From positions 1,152,001-1,216,000 of the forward strand of contig CAWCRS010000007.1 in the NCBI GenBank assembly GCA_963798085.1: a stretch of 64,000 nucleotides of DNA. The letters are read 5' to 3'. The stretch is from an uncultured Gemmatimonadales bacterium (GTDB lineage: Bacteria > Gemmatimonadota > Gemmatimonadetes > Longimicrobiales > RSA9). The notes under the pieces were generated by a model. It saw only the letters and a program-made list of their open reading frames with translations. It was not told where the DNA came from and did no database searches. Shown one piece after another: positions 54,607 through 64,000 of this stretch (positions are counted from its first letter, which is position 1; every line of letters starts with the position of its first letter). Both the position numbers and the translations under genes were made by a program.

Positions 54607-55425
54607 TTGGCGGATCCGCTGCTTCACCACGACATCGTGACGACGCCGGGAACGACGCCGCGCACGTGGCTGTACGCGCTGCACGGCATTTTCGGCGCGG
54701 GCCGCAACTGGGCCACCGTAATGCGCCGGCTGGTTTCCGAGCGACCGGACTGGGGCGTTCTGCTGATCGACCTGCGGCAGCATGGAGCCTCCCAGGGATT
54801 CGCACCGCCGCACACGATTGCCGCCGCCGCACACGATCTGGGACAACTCGAACAGGCGAGCGGGATGCCGGCCAGCGCGCTGCTGGGTCATTCGTTTGGC
54901 GGCAAGGTGGCGCTGCGCCGGACGCAGGACGCGCCGCCTGCGCTGCGCCAGGTCTGGATCGTGGACTCGACGCCGCAGGCGGCCGAGCCGCAGGGAAGCG
55001 CCTGGCAGATGCTGCAGGTGGTGCGCTCATTGCCGGCCCGCTTCGACACACGCGATGCGCTGATCGCGGCGCTCACCGCGGAGGGTGTGGCCGGCGCAAC
55101 GGCGCAGTGGATGGCGACGAACCTCGAGCGACGCGACGATGGCTTCTACTGGCGCTTCGACGTGGACGCGCTCGAGGCGCTGATGCGCGATTTCTTCCGC
55201 AGTGATCTGTGGAACGTGGTGAAAGCGCCACCGCCAGGTGTGGAACTCGAATTCGTGAAGGCGGAATCGTCGAGTGTGCTTTCCGGCGCTGTTCTGGCGC
55301 GTCTGATGAAAGTGACATCGAATGGACAGGTTCACGTCCATAGATTGTCGGGTGGCCACTGGGTGAACGCCGACAACCCGGACGGTCTCGTCGAGCTGCT
55401 GTCCAGCGGGCTTCCGCGATCGTGA
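54607..55425 (+). CDS. Alpha/beta hydrolase (YbfF-like esterase)
   Basis: LHGIFG, DLRQHG.S, GHSFGG, GHWV; TTG start after GAGGAG. Confidence 0.88.
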   Translation: MADPLLHHDIVTTPGTTPRTWLYALHGIFGAGRNWATVMRRLVSERPDWGVLLIDLRQHGASQGFAPPHTIAAAAHDLGQLEQASGMPASALLGHSFGGKVALRRTQDAPPALRQVWIVDSTPQAAEPQGSAWQMLQVVRSLPARFDTRDALIAALTAEGVAGATAQWMATNLERRDDGFYWRFDVDALEALMRDFFRSDLWNVVKAPPPGVELEFVKAESSSVLSGAVLARLMKVTSNGQVHVHRLSGGHWVNADNPDGLVELLSSGLPRS

Positions 55426-55501
55426 CCCAGTCGGTGCAGGCCTGATGCGCGGGCGGCTGCGTGTGTGAAAGAAACGGGTGCGAGCTTGCAAACGGAGGCG
55501 G

Positions 55502-56923
55502 ATGGCATTCGAGATCCCCGATGAACTGATGGTCAGCGTGTCCGGCGTGCGCGGACGCGTTGGCGACGGCCTCACACCGGAAGTCGTCACGCATTTCGCT
55601 GCCGCATTCGGCGCATGGCTGCGACTCACCAGCGCACGCCCGTCCGTCGTTGTGGCGCGCGACTCGCGCGTTTCAGGACCGATGTTCGAGCGCGCCGTGA
55701 TCTCCGGCCTGCAGAGCACCGGCTGCGACGTGATCGCAGCCGGACTGGTTCCCACGCCCACCGCGCTCTTCACGGTGCGTCACCATGAAGCCAATGGCGG
55801 CATCGTGGTCACGGCCAGCCACAATCCGGTCGAGTGGAATGCGCTGAAGTTCGCATCCAGCGAGGGCATGTTCCTCGACGCGGTGCAGGCAGGGGCCATG
55901 CGCGAGCATCTGGACGAGCGGAAGATCCCGCGCGCCGGCTGGGACACCCTGGGCGGTCTGACGCAGGATACCGATGCGGCCGACCGCCACCGTCATGCCG
56001 TCCTGGCATTGCCGCTTCTGGATCGGGCAGGCCTGCGGAAGCGTCGCTTCCGCGTGGTGCTCGACTGTGTGCGTGGCGCGGGCGGCGTGATCCTGCCTCA
56101 GCTGCTTCGCGACCTGGGCTGCGAGGTCATCGGCATGGACCTCGAGACGGATGGTCGCTTCTCGCGCACGCCAGAGCCGGTCGCTGAGAATCTGCACGGT
56201 CTGGAAGCCATGGTCCGGGAAACCGGCGCGGACATCGGCATGGCGACGGACCCTGACGCCGACCGCCTCTCGCTGGTCAGCGACCAGGGTCGGGCGATTG
56301 GCGAGGACCTGACCCTGGCGCTCGCCGCGGAGCTGGTGCTGCGACATTCGCCCGGCACCGTCGTCACCAACCTCTCCACCAGCCGGGTGCTCGAGGATGT
56401 TGCGGTTGCGTCGGGCTCAACCCTGGAACGCGCGCCCGTCGGCGAGATCAATGTTGCACGGGCGATGCAGCAGATGCGGGCCGTTATCGGCGGCGAAGGC
56501 AATGGCGGGGTAATATTTCCGGCCATTCACTTCACACGGGACTCAGCGGTGGCTGTGGCTCTGGTGCTACAGGCATTGCTCGAACTTGGGTGCCCGCTGA
56601 GCGAGCGCGTCGCGCGCTTTCAGCCCTATACGATCGTGAAGGACAAGCTGCCGCGGGACAGCGGATCCATCGAGGCCGCGTTCGGGACGCTGGAGAAGCG
56701 CCTGGTGGCGCCGCGAACGGACCGCCGCGACGGGCTCCGGCTGGATTGGCCCGAAGCCCGCAAGTGGCTGCATCTGCGAGCGTCCGGAACGGAGCCGATC
56801 TTCCGCATCATTGCCGAGGCTCCCACTGCGGAAGAGGCGAAAGATCTGGTTGGCGCAGCCCGTGCGGCGCTGGCGGCTGCGGCTCCGGCGGCGGCCGGAA
56901 ACTTGCAGAAGACCGCCGGATAA
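55502..56923 (+). CDS. glmM: Phosphohexomutase, probably phosphoglucosamine mutase
   Basis: SGVRG, TASHNP, DPDADR, GEGNGG, RASGTEP; directly upstream of glmS. Confidence 0.8.
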   Translation: MAFEIPDELMVSVSGVRGRVGDGLTPEVVTHFAAAFGAWLRLTSARPSVVVARDSRVSGPMFERAVISGLQSTGCDVIAAGLVPTPTALFTVRHHEANGGIVVTASHNPVEWNALKFASSEGMFLDAVQAGAMREHLDERKIPRAGWDTLGGLTQDTDAADRHRHAVLALPLLDRAGLRKRRFRVVLDCVRGAGGVILPQLLRDLGCEVIGMDLETDGRFSRTPEPVAENLHGLEAMVRETGADIGMATDPDADRLSLVSDQGRAIGEDLTLALAAELVLRHSPGTVVTNLSTSRVLEDVAVASGSTLERAPVGEINVARAMQQMRAVIGGEGNGGVIFPAIHFTRDSAVAVALVLQALLELGCPLSERVARFQPYTIVKDKLPRDSGSIEAAFGTLEKRLVAPRTDRRDGLRLDWPEARKWLHLRASGTEPIFRIIAEAPTAEEAKDLVGAARAALAAAAPAAAGNLQKTAG

Positions 56924-56948
56924 CCACATCGGGGTTGGGAATACAAGC

Positions 56949-58784
56949 ATGTGTGGAATCGTCGGATACGTTGGGACTCGGGCTGCGGTCCCGCTGCTGC
57001 TGGACGGACTGCGTCGACTCGAGTATCGCGGCTATGACTCTGCGGGCGTGACCATCCAGTCGAACGGCCATCTGGTTACGCGCAAGACGGCAGGAAAGAT
57101 CGCTGATCTGGAGCGGCTGGTGGGCAACGGGTCGGCGCCGCCGGGAACGGTGGGCATCGGCCATACGCGCTGGGCCACGCACGGCGCTCCCACCGAGCTC
57201 AACGCACACCCCCACTCGGACTGCAGCGGCGACTTCGCGGTCGTGCACAACGGCATTCTCGAGAATGCCACGGTGCTGCGGCAGCAGCTGGCGGCGCGCG
57301 GTCACGTTTTCCTGAGCGAGACCGACACGGAAGTTCTGGCGCACCTCATCGAGGCCGCGTACAAGGGAGTGCTGGAAGACGCCGTGCAGGCCGCACTCAG
57401 CCAGGTCGAGGGCGCGTATGGCCTCGCCATCATGTGCAGTCGCGAGCCCGGCAAGATCGTCGTCGCCCGGCACGGCAGCCCTCTGCTGCTGGGCATTGGC
57501 GAGAACAACGAATACTACGTGGCCAGCGATGCGGCCGCGGTGCTGCAGCACACGCGCCAGGTCGTGTATCTGGACAATGGCGAGATGGCCGTGCTCTCTC
57601 CGTCCGGGTACCGCACGATGTCGGTGCGCGGCGCGGAAGTGACCAAGGACATCGAAGAGATCTCCTGGGACCTCGCCTCGATCGAGCGCGGTGGTTTCCA
57701 GCACTTCATGCTGAAGGAGATCGTCGAGCAGCCGGAAGCGCTGCGCAACACGGTCCGCGGGCGTCTGCTCGATCACGAGGGCACGAGCAAACTGGGTGGT
57801 ATCACGCTCTCCGATGAAGAGCTGCGGGCGATCCGCTCGGTTACCATCAGCGCCTGCGGCACGTCCTGGCATGCCGGCCTCATCGGCGCATACATGCTGG
57901 AGGAGCTGGCGCGCATTCCGGCGGAAACCGAGTATGCCTCGGAATTCCGCTACCGCTCGCCGGTTGTCGATGCGGGCACGCTGATGATAGCGATCAGCCA
58001 GTCCGGCGAGACGGCGGACACACTGGCGGCGATGCGCGAAGCCCGGGCACTGGGTGCCCGCGTGATGGGCGTGGTCAACGTGGTGGGTTCGACGATTGCC
58101 CGCGACTCGGATTTCGGGATCTATCTGCACGCCGGCCCGGAGATCGGCGTGGCCTCGACCAAGGCGTTCACCAGTCAGGTCGTCGCCCTCACGCTGTTCA
58201 CGTTGCTGCTGGGCCGCGTGCGGGGCACCATCTCACTGGAACGCGGGCGCGAGATCGTCAACGCGCTGCGTGCGCTGCCGGACCAGGTCGAGCGGGTGCT
58301 ATTGCTCAACGACGAGATCCGCGAGCTGGCCGCGCGCTACGTGCACTCGACGAACTTCCTGTACCTCGGTCGCGGCTACAACTTCCCGACAGCGCTGGAA
58401 GGTGCGCTCAAGCTGAAGGAAATCAGCTACATCCACGCGGAGGGTCTGCCCGCTGCGGAGATGAAGCACGGCCCCATCGCGCTGATCGACGAGAACATGC
58501 CCGTCGTCGTCATGGCGCCGCACGACTCGGTCTACCAGAAGGTGCTCTCGAACATGCAGGAGGTCAAAGCCCGGCACGGTCGGATCATCGCGGTCGTGTC
58601 GGAAGGCAATGGCGATCTTTCGGAGCTGGCGGATCATCAGATCGCAGTACCGCGCACCATCGACATCCTGACGCCCGTGCTGACGACGATCCCGCTGCAG
58701 CTGCTCGCGTATCACATCGCGGTGATGCGGGGCTGTGATGTGGACATGCCGCGCAATCTGGCGAAGTCGGTAACGGTCGAGTAA
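56949..58784 (+). CDS. glmS: Glutamine--fructose-6-phosphate aminotransferase
   Basis: MCGIVG, LEYRGYDSAG, HTRWATHG, SQSGET, PRNLAKSVTVE. Confidence 0.98.
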   Translation: MCGIVGYVGTRAAVPLLLDGLRRLEYRGYDSAGVTIQSNGHLVTRKTAGKIADLERLVGNGSAPPGTVGIGHTRWATHGAPTELNAHPHSDCSGDFAVVHNGILENATVLRQQLAARGHVFLSETDTEVLAHLIEAAYKGVLEDAVQAALSQVEGAYGLAIMCSREPGKIVVARHGSPLLLGIGENNEYYVASDAAAVLQHTRQVVYLDNGEMAVLSPSGYRTMSVRGAEVTKDIEEISWDLASIERGGFQHFMLKEIVEQPEALRNTVRGRLLDHEGTSKLGGITLSDEELRAIRSVTISACGTSWHAGLIGAYMLEELARIPAETEYASEFRYRSPVVDAGTLMIAISQSGETADTLAAMREARALGARVMGVVNVVGSTIARDSDFGIYLHAGPEIGVASTKAFTSQVVALTLFTLLLGRVRGTISLERGREIVNALRALPDQVERVLLLNDEIRELAARYVHSTNFLYLGRGYNFPTALEGALKLKEISYIHAEGLPAAEMKHGPIALIDENMPVVVMAPHDSVYQKVLSNMQEVKARHGRIIAVVSEGNGDLSELADHQIAVPRTIDILTPVLTTIPLQLLAYHIAVMRGCDVDMPRNLAKSVTVE

Positions 58785-58794
58785 TCTCAGGCCC

Positions 58795-59235
58795 GTGCGG
58801 GTGGTCCTGCAGCGGGTCTCCAGAGCCGAAGTTCGAATCGAGGGGCGGGTAGCCGGACGCATCGCGCGTGGCTACCTGCTCCTCGTTGGTTTTGGTGGCC
58901 AGGATGACGACGCGGCGCTCCGCTGGATGGCGGAGAAGATTCTCTCGCTGCGGCTCTTTCCCGACACCGAGGGACGGATGAACCGCGGGCTCGACGAAGT
59001 GGGCGGCGGCGTGCTCGTGGTGAGCCAGTTCACGTTGTACGGCGATACCCGCAAGGGCCGCCGTCCCAGCTTCATCGATGCGGCGCCCCCCGAGATCGCG
59101 ATTCCACTGTACAACCGCTTCGTCGAGCTGCTGCGCGCGGCGGCGCCGGGGCCGGTCGAGACCGGCGAGTTCGGCGCGATGATGGACGTCGAGCTGGTGA
59201 ACGACGGGCCGGTCACACTCTGGCTCGAGCGATGA
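58795..59235 (+). CDS. dtd: D-aminoacyl-tRNA deacylase
   Basis: QRVSRA, SQFTL, KGRRPSF, NDGPVT. Confidence 0.96.
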   Translation: MRVVLQRVSRAEVRIEGRVAGRIARGYLLLVGFGGQDDDAALRWMAEKILSLRLFPDTEGRMNRGLDEVGGGVLVVSQFTLYGDTRKGRRPSFIDAAPPEIAIPLYNRFVELLRAAAPGPVETGEFGAMMDVELVNDGPVTLWLER

Positions 59236-59837
59236 GCGGGCCGGTCACACCTCCCATCATCCTCGCATCGGAATCGCCTCGACGGGCTCAGCTGCTGGCC
59301 ATGCTCGGCCTGCGCTTCGAAGTGTGCCCGGCACGCATCGACGAGACGTATCGCCCGAACGAAGAACCGGGCGCACACGCGGAGCGCCTGGCCTGCGAAA
59401 AGACACTGGCCATCGCCGCGGGGCGGAGCGACGCCATCGTCATTGGCAGCGACACGGTCGTGGTACTGGGCGACCGCGTGCTGGGGAAACCGCTGGACGC
59501 GTCCGATGCCGTGCGCATGCTCTTGCGCCTGCAGGGGAGGGAGCACACCGTAGCGACGGCAGTCGCCGTCGCGTGGGCGGGTGAGTTGCGCTGCGCGGTG
59601 GAACGCGTGCGTGTGTGGTTCCGTCCTTTCGATCGCGCGCAGGCCGAAGCGTACACCGCGACGCTCGAGCCCATGGACAAGGCGGGCGCCTACGGCATCC
59701 AGGGATTCGGCGCCGCACTGGTCGAACGCATCGATGGCGACTTCTTCGCGGTGATGGGGCTCCCGATCTCCCGAATGCTTCGTCTGCTCGAAGCGCTCGG
59801 CTTTCGCTACGATTTCCAGGGACTGAGTCACGCGTGA
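59232..59837 (+). CDS. maf: Maf-family nucleoside triphosphate pyrophosphatase
   Basis: LAS.SPRR, SDTVV, LGKP, DKAGAYGIQG. Confidence 0.94.
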   Translation: MSGPVTPPIILASESPRRAQLLAMLGLRFEVCPARIDETYRPNEEPGAHAERLACEKTLAIAAGRSDAIVIGSDTVVVLGDRVLGKPLDASDAVRMLLRLQGREHTVATAVAVAWAGELRCAVERVRVWFRPFDRAQAEAYTATLEPMDKAGAYGIQGFGAALVERIDGDFFAVMGLPISRMLRLLEALGFRYDFQGLSHA

Positions 59838-60925
59838 CAGCCGAGCCATCACCTCCGCAAGCCGTGCGCTGGGCAGAAGACGGGACCGCCGTCGACATCC
59901 TCGATCAGACATTGCTGCCGGAGCGCGAGCAACGACTGATCCTGCGCTCTGCGGGCGAAGTCGCCGAAGCAATTGGGCGCCTGCGCGTGCGCGGAGCGCC
60001 CGCCATCGGTATTGCGGCGGCCATGGGTCTGGCAGCGGAAATGTCGAGTCATGCGGACGCGCCGATCGCGGAGTTTCGTGCGCGACTGGCGCGCACCGCG
60101 GAACAGCTCATGAACACCAGGCCGACGGCCGTGAACCTGGCGTGGGCCGTACGCCGGACGCAGCGCGCCGCGGAATCGGCGGAGACGACGGCGGAAGCCG
60201 TGGCGCGATTGCGGGAAGAAGCCGGTCGCATACTCGAGGAAGACCGCGCCATGTGCCGGCGCATTGGCGAGCACGGCCTGGTGCTGCTGCCCGAGCGGGC
60301 ACGCGTACTCACGCAATGTAATGCGGGGGCACTGGCCACGGGCGGCATTGGTACCGCGCTGGCGCCCGTGTATCTGGCGTGGCAGAAGGGCGTCGCCGTG
60401 CGCGTCTACGCACCCGAAACGCGGCCACTGCTGCAGGGCAGTCGCATCACTGCATGGGAGCTGGAGCGGGCGGGCATTCCGGTCACGGTCCTGCCCGACT
60501 CCGCGACGGGCGCACTGATGCGTCAGGGACTGGTCGATCTCGTGATCGTGGGCGCCGATCGCATCGCGGCTAACGGCGATGTAGCGAACAAGGTGGGCAC
60601 GTACACGCTCGCGGTGCTGGCTGCGGCGCATGGCATTCCGTTCTTCGTGGCCGCGCCCAGCAGCACCATCGACGTGGACACGGCCACGGGCGCGGCGATC
60701 CCCATCGAGACGCGCGATCCGGATGAGGTGCGACGCGGCTTCGGCCGCCTCACTGCGCCGGTCGGAACACCAGTGTTCGCACCCGCCTTCGATGTGACGC
60801 CCGCGCAGCTGATCAAGGGAATCATCACGGAGCAAGGTATTCTGCGGGCACCGTACGAGGCCGCCATCGCGCACGTGGCGGGTACTGCGCAGGCAGCCGC
60901 GCGCAACGGCGAGGGCGCGTGCTGA
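59834..60925 (+). CDS. mtnA: S-methyl-5-thioribose-1-phosphate isomerase
   Basis: LDQT.LP, VRGAPAIG, RPTAVNL, CNAGALAT, ETRP, GADR, ANKVGTY. Confidence 0.94.
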   Translation: MTAEPSPPQAVRWAEDGTAVDILDQTLLPEREQRLILRSAGEVAEAIGRLRVRGAPAIGIAAAMGLAAEMSSHADAPIAEFRARLARTAEQLMNTRPTAVNLAWAVRRTQRAAESAETTAEAVARLREEAGRILEEDRAMCRRIGEHGLVLLPERARVLTQCNAGALATGGIGTALAPVYLAWQKGVAVRVYAPETRPLLQGSRITAWELERAGIPVTVLPDSATGALMRQGLVDLVIVGADRIAANGDVANKVGTYTLAVLAAAHGIPFFVAAPSSTIDVDTATGAAIPIETRDPDEVRRGFGRLTAPVGTPVFAPAFDVTPAQLIKGIITEQGILRAPYEAAIAHVAGTAQAAARNGEGAC

Positions 60926-60962
60926 CAGGCGTGTCAGCAGGGCGCGCGGGAGCGGGCGGGGC

Positions 60963-62471
60963 ATGACGCAGACGCGAGCGGTGCTGGCCGTCGATCAGGG
61001 CACGACCGGTACGACCTGTCTGGTGCTGGACCCTTCCTGCCGCGTGCTGGGTCGCGCCTACGCGGAATTTGCGCAGCTCTATCCGCAGCCCGGCTGGGTG
61101 GAGCACGACGCGGAAGAGATATGGCACAGCACGGTGCGCGTGGCACAGCAGGCTGTTGCCGCAGCGCGCGCAACCACCAGCGTGGAGCTGGTGGCGCTGG
61201 GCATCACCAACCAGCGCGAGACGGTGGTGGTGTGGGACCGAGCGAGCGGCAGGCCCGTCCACAATGCCATCGTCTGGCAGGATCGGCGCACGGCGGGACG
61301 CTGCCGCGAGCTGCGCCAGGCGGGCCACGAGGAGTTCGTGCGCCAGCACACGGGACTCGTGCTGGACCCGTACTTTTCCGCCACCAAGCTGGAGTGGCTG
61401 CTGAACAACGTGCCGGGACTGCGTGACCGCGCGGCAAGCGGCAGCCTGGCGGCTGGTACCATCGACAGCTGGCTGATCTGGAAGTTCACCAGCGGACAGG
61501 TGCACGCGACGGATGCGACGAATGCGTCGCGCACACTGCTCTACGACATTGCGCGCCGGCAATGGAGCGACGAGCTGCTCGCGCTCTTCAGTGTGCCGCG
61601 CGAGCTGCTGCCGGAGGTGCGTGCGTCCAGCGACTCCTACGGTCACACGGCCGCAGCATTATTCGGCACCGAGGTGCCCGTCGCCGGCGTGGCGGGCGAC
61701 CAGCAGGCAGCGCTCTTCGGGCAGGGCTGTGTGCGAGCCGGACAGGCGAAGAACACGTACGGCACAGGCTCGTTCCTGTTGCTGCACACGGGTACGGAGA
61801 GCGTACATTCCCGCAGCGGCCTGCTCACTACCGTGGCCTGCGGGCCGCGCGGTGAGGCAACGTACGCGCTCGAGGGCTCGGTCTTCATTGCAGGCGCAGC
61901 CGTCCAGTGGCTGCGCGATGGTCTTGGCATCATCACCAGTGCGGCAGAAACGGAAGCGCTGGCGCGCAGCCTGGCGAGTAACGACGGGGTTTATTTCGTG
62001 CCCGCCTTCGTGGGCCTGGGCGCGCCGCACTGGAATGCCGAGGCGAGGGGCACGATCGTGGGGCTGACGCGCGGCAGTGGTCGCGCGCACCTGGCGAGGG
62101 CGGCGCTGGAGGCGATGGCCTACGGCACGTACGACGTGGTGCAGGCCATGGCGAGGGATTCGGGCGTTACGGCGAGCAGGCTGGGCGTGGATGGCGGCGC
62201 GGCGCAGAACGACTGGCTGATGCAGTTCCAGGCCGATCTGCTGAACGTGCCGGTGTTGCGCCCGCAGCTGGTCGAGACAACCGCGCTGGGCGCGGCGGGC
62301 CTGGCCGGCATTGGCGTGGGTCTGTGGCGGGATGCGGAGGCATTCATGGCTTCGCGGGCCGAGCCGGACGTGTTCCGGCCGGGCATGGCGGAGCCCGCAC
62401 GCAAGGAACTGCTGGGCGGATGGCAGCGCGCGCTGCGCGCGGCACTCGCCTGGGCAGAGGGGAGTGGCTGA
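60963..62471 (+). CDS. glpK: Glycerol kinase
   Basis: DQGTT, TNQRET, WQDRRT, DPYFSATK, GDQQAAL, KNTYGTG. Confidence 0.96.
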   Translation: MTQTRAVLAVDQGTTGTTCLVLDPSCRVLGRAYAEFAQLYPQPGWVEHDAEEIWHSTVRVAQQAVAAARATTSVELVALGITNQRETVVVWDRASGRPVHNAIVWQDRRTAGRCRELRQAGHEEFVRQHTGLVLDPYFSATKLEWLLNNVPGLRDRAASGSLAAGTIDSWLIWKFTSGQVHATDATNASRTLLYDIARRQWSDELLALFSVPRELLPEVRASSDSYGHTAAALFGTEVPVAGVAGDQQAALFGQGCVRAGQAKNTYGTGSFLLLHTGTESVHSRSGLLTTVACGPRGEATYALEGSVFIAGAAVQWLRDGLGIITSAAETEALARSLASNDGVYFVPAFVGLGAPHWNAEARGTIVGLTRGSGRAHLARAALEAMAYGTYDVVQAMARDSGVTASRLGVDGGAAQNDWLMQFQADLLNVPVLRPQLVETTALGAAGLAGIGVGLWRDAEAFMASRAEPDVFRPGMAEPARKELLGGWQRALRAALAWAEGSG

Positions 62472-63010
62472 TGCGGCGGATCCGATCGACTAACATGCGG
62501 TCAGGGCGAGTCCAGTACGTGGCCAACCCGGCGGGGCGCGCGCTGCGCATTGCGGTGTGCGGTGCGGGCGCGGCTGATGCCGAGACACTCGCACTCGCGC
62601 TCGAGCTGGGCGGCGAACTGGCGCGGGCCGGCGCCGTGCTGGTGTGCGGGGGTCGCGCCGGTGTCATGGAGGCCGCGGCGCGCGGTGCGTGCGAAGCCGG
62701 AGGTCAGACGGTGGGCGTGCTGCCCGGCGCCGGCGCGCAGGAAGCCAATCCCTGGATCACACTGCCGCTGCCCACCGGCATGGGCGAGGCGAGGAACGCG
62801 CTGGTCGTGCGCTTCGCCGAAGCCGTGATCGCATTGGGCGGTGAATGGGGGACGCTGTCCGAGATCGCGCTGGCCGCGAAGATCGGCGTGCCCGTCATTC
62901 TGCTGCGGCCCACGCTGGCGTCGGCATTGCCGCTGGAGGTGGCCACCGACCCGGCGGACGCGGTGCGGCGCGCCATCCGGCACGCACGACAGGGCCGCGG
63001 CGAAACATGA
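62471..63010 (+). CDS. LOG-family Rossmann-fold protein (TIGR00725-like)
   Basis: CGG..GVMEA, VGVLPG, TGMGEARN, GTLSEIA; start could also be 62495. Confidence 0.85.
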   Translation: MRRIRSTNMRSGRVQYVANPAGRALRIAVCGAGAADAETLALALELGGELARAGAVLVCGGRAGVMEAAARGACEAGGQTVGVLPGAGAQEANPWITLPLPTGMGEARNALVVRFAEAVIALGGEWGTLSEIALAAKIGVPVILLRPTLASALPLEVATDPADAVRRAIRHARQGRGET

Positions 63011-63396
63011 CGCCGTTGCTGCTTGCCCTGCTGGTCACGCCGGCCACGCGCGCGAACGCGGACAGAGCTGCGTCGCCTGAAACATGGCCGACTGAAGGCG
63101 CCGGCATACACGCAGTCACGGTGCAGTCCGAGCGACCCGATCGCTGGTTCGGCGAGGACAAGCTGAAGCACGTACTTCTGTCCTGCGGCGTCACAAACTT
63201 CGCGTTTGCGGGCGCGCGTGCCTTAGGGCTGGGCGGCCAGGATGCGGTGCGCGGCGCAGTCGTGGCCGCACTGGTCGCGGGTGTGGGCAAGGAAGTTTCC
63301 GATCGGCAGCGCGGCCGCGGCTTCAGCGTGAAGGACCTGGTGTGGGACATCGCCGGCATCGGCGCGGGCGTCGCGCTGGCGGAGCACGTCCGATGA
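63007..63396 (+). CDS. YfiM/DUF2279-like membrane protein
   Basis: D.WFGEDK.KH, GKE..D, FS.KDL.WD..G. Confidence 0.75.
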   Translation: MTPLLLALLVTPATRANADRAASPETWPTEGAGIHAVTVQSERPDRWFGEDKLKHVLLSCGVTNFAFAGARALGLGGQDAVRGAVVAALVAGVGKEVSDRQRGRGFSVKDLVWDIAGIGAGVALAEHVR

Positions 63397-63469
63397 ATCG
63401 AAGCATCATGCGACCCATCGCGTGCGCCACTCTGGCGCAGCATGCATCCTTCCCTACATTGCCGCCCTC

Positions 63470-63775
63470 ATGGAAATCGCGGTCCTGATCCTGGGCGGTC
63501 TCGCCGTGGGCGGGCTCGTGCTGCTGCCCATGCTGCGCGCGCAGACTCCGGTCAACTACGACTGGGACGGCAGCGCAGCGGGCGCACGTCGGGAGGAACG
63601 ACGCGTGGAAGTAGAGAGCGAAGTGCAGCGTTATCGCGTGGCGCTGCGTGCCGGCACCATCTGCACGCGCTGCGGTCAGGCGAATCCGCCCGGCAGCCGC
63701 TTCTGCGGCGAATGCGGCCGCCCGCTGCGCAACGCACCGCGCGCGCAGGGCATAGCCGAGCCGGTAGCGCGATGA
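63470..63775 (+). CDS. Membrane-anchored zinc-ribbon protein
   Basis: N-terminal [17 protein letters not shown]. Confidence 0.75.
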   Translation: MEIAVLILGGLAVGGLVLLPMLRAQTPVNYDWDGSAAGARREERRVEVESEVQRYRVALRAGTICTRCGQANPPGSRFCGECGRPLRNAPRAQGIAEPVAR

Positions 63776-64000
63776 AGCAGGTCATCGATCTGCGCAGCGA
63801 CACGGTCACGCGACCCACAGCCGCCATGCGTGAAGCCATCGCGCGCGCGGAAGTCGGCGACGACACACTGGGTGACGATCCCACGACGGCCGAGCTGGAA
63901 CGCCGCATTGCCAGCATTCTGGGCAAGGAAGCGGCCGTGTTCTTTCCCAGCGGCATCATGGCCAACGAAGCCGCGCTCTGGGTGCTCGCGCCGCGCGGCA
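63772..64000 (+). CDS. ltaE: Low-specificity L-threonine aldolase, truncated by the window end
   Basis: Hand translation: [31 protein letters not shown]...LE...GKEAA.F.PSG.MAN. Confidence 0.9.
   Translation, partial: MKQVIDLRSDTVTRPTAAMREAIARAEVGDDTLGDDPTTAELERRIASILGKEAAVFFPSGIMANEAALWVLAPRG

Noticed and set aside
56924..56948. glmS ribozyme
   Set aside because: Only 25 nt separate the mutase stop from the glmS start, so there is no room.

Overview
High-GC, gene-dense 64 kb stretch of core chromosome. The gene content (carboxypeptidase-like/TonB-plug protein, nfeD-floA, futalosine-type menaquinone genes, YpdA, OmpA lipoprotein) suggests a diderm bacterium, possibly Gemmatimonadota; this is an inference. 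It holds about 63 CDS and one tRNA-Leu(CAA). I see no mobile element, prophage or CRISPR array. Main blocks: an aromatic/acyl-CoA catabolic operon with a solute symporter (1-7.7 kb, minus); nfeD-floA-yqfB-like; lepA-GT9-ROK-PfkB followed by an uncharacterised STAS-GHKL kinase plus STAS-wHTH pair; an NDP-sugar pyrophosphorylase fused to a degenerate mutase; penicillin acylase, YpdA, P5C dehydrogenase; nifU-mrp-DUF62; a SigW-like ECF sigma/anti-sigma operon; menG, glgB, OmpA; cysQ-cysC-sat; late futalosine menaquinone genes; a Cho-like nuclease, mutM, purD; and glmM-glmS-dtd-maf-mtnA-glpK. Best leads: (1) eight single-base frameshifts plus several substitutions at conserved residues, many at one motif (CATCG/CGATG), suggesting long-read errors caused by a cytosine-methylation system; (2) the STAS/GHKL + STAS/wHTH signalling pair; (3) a shared GAAACC-N16-CGTA ECF promoter in front of the sigma gene and an M48 protease; (4) an orphan intrinsic terminator in the leader of the catabolic operon. 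All functional calls come from motif recognition, not database searches.
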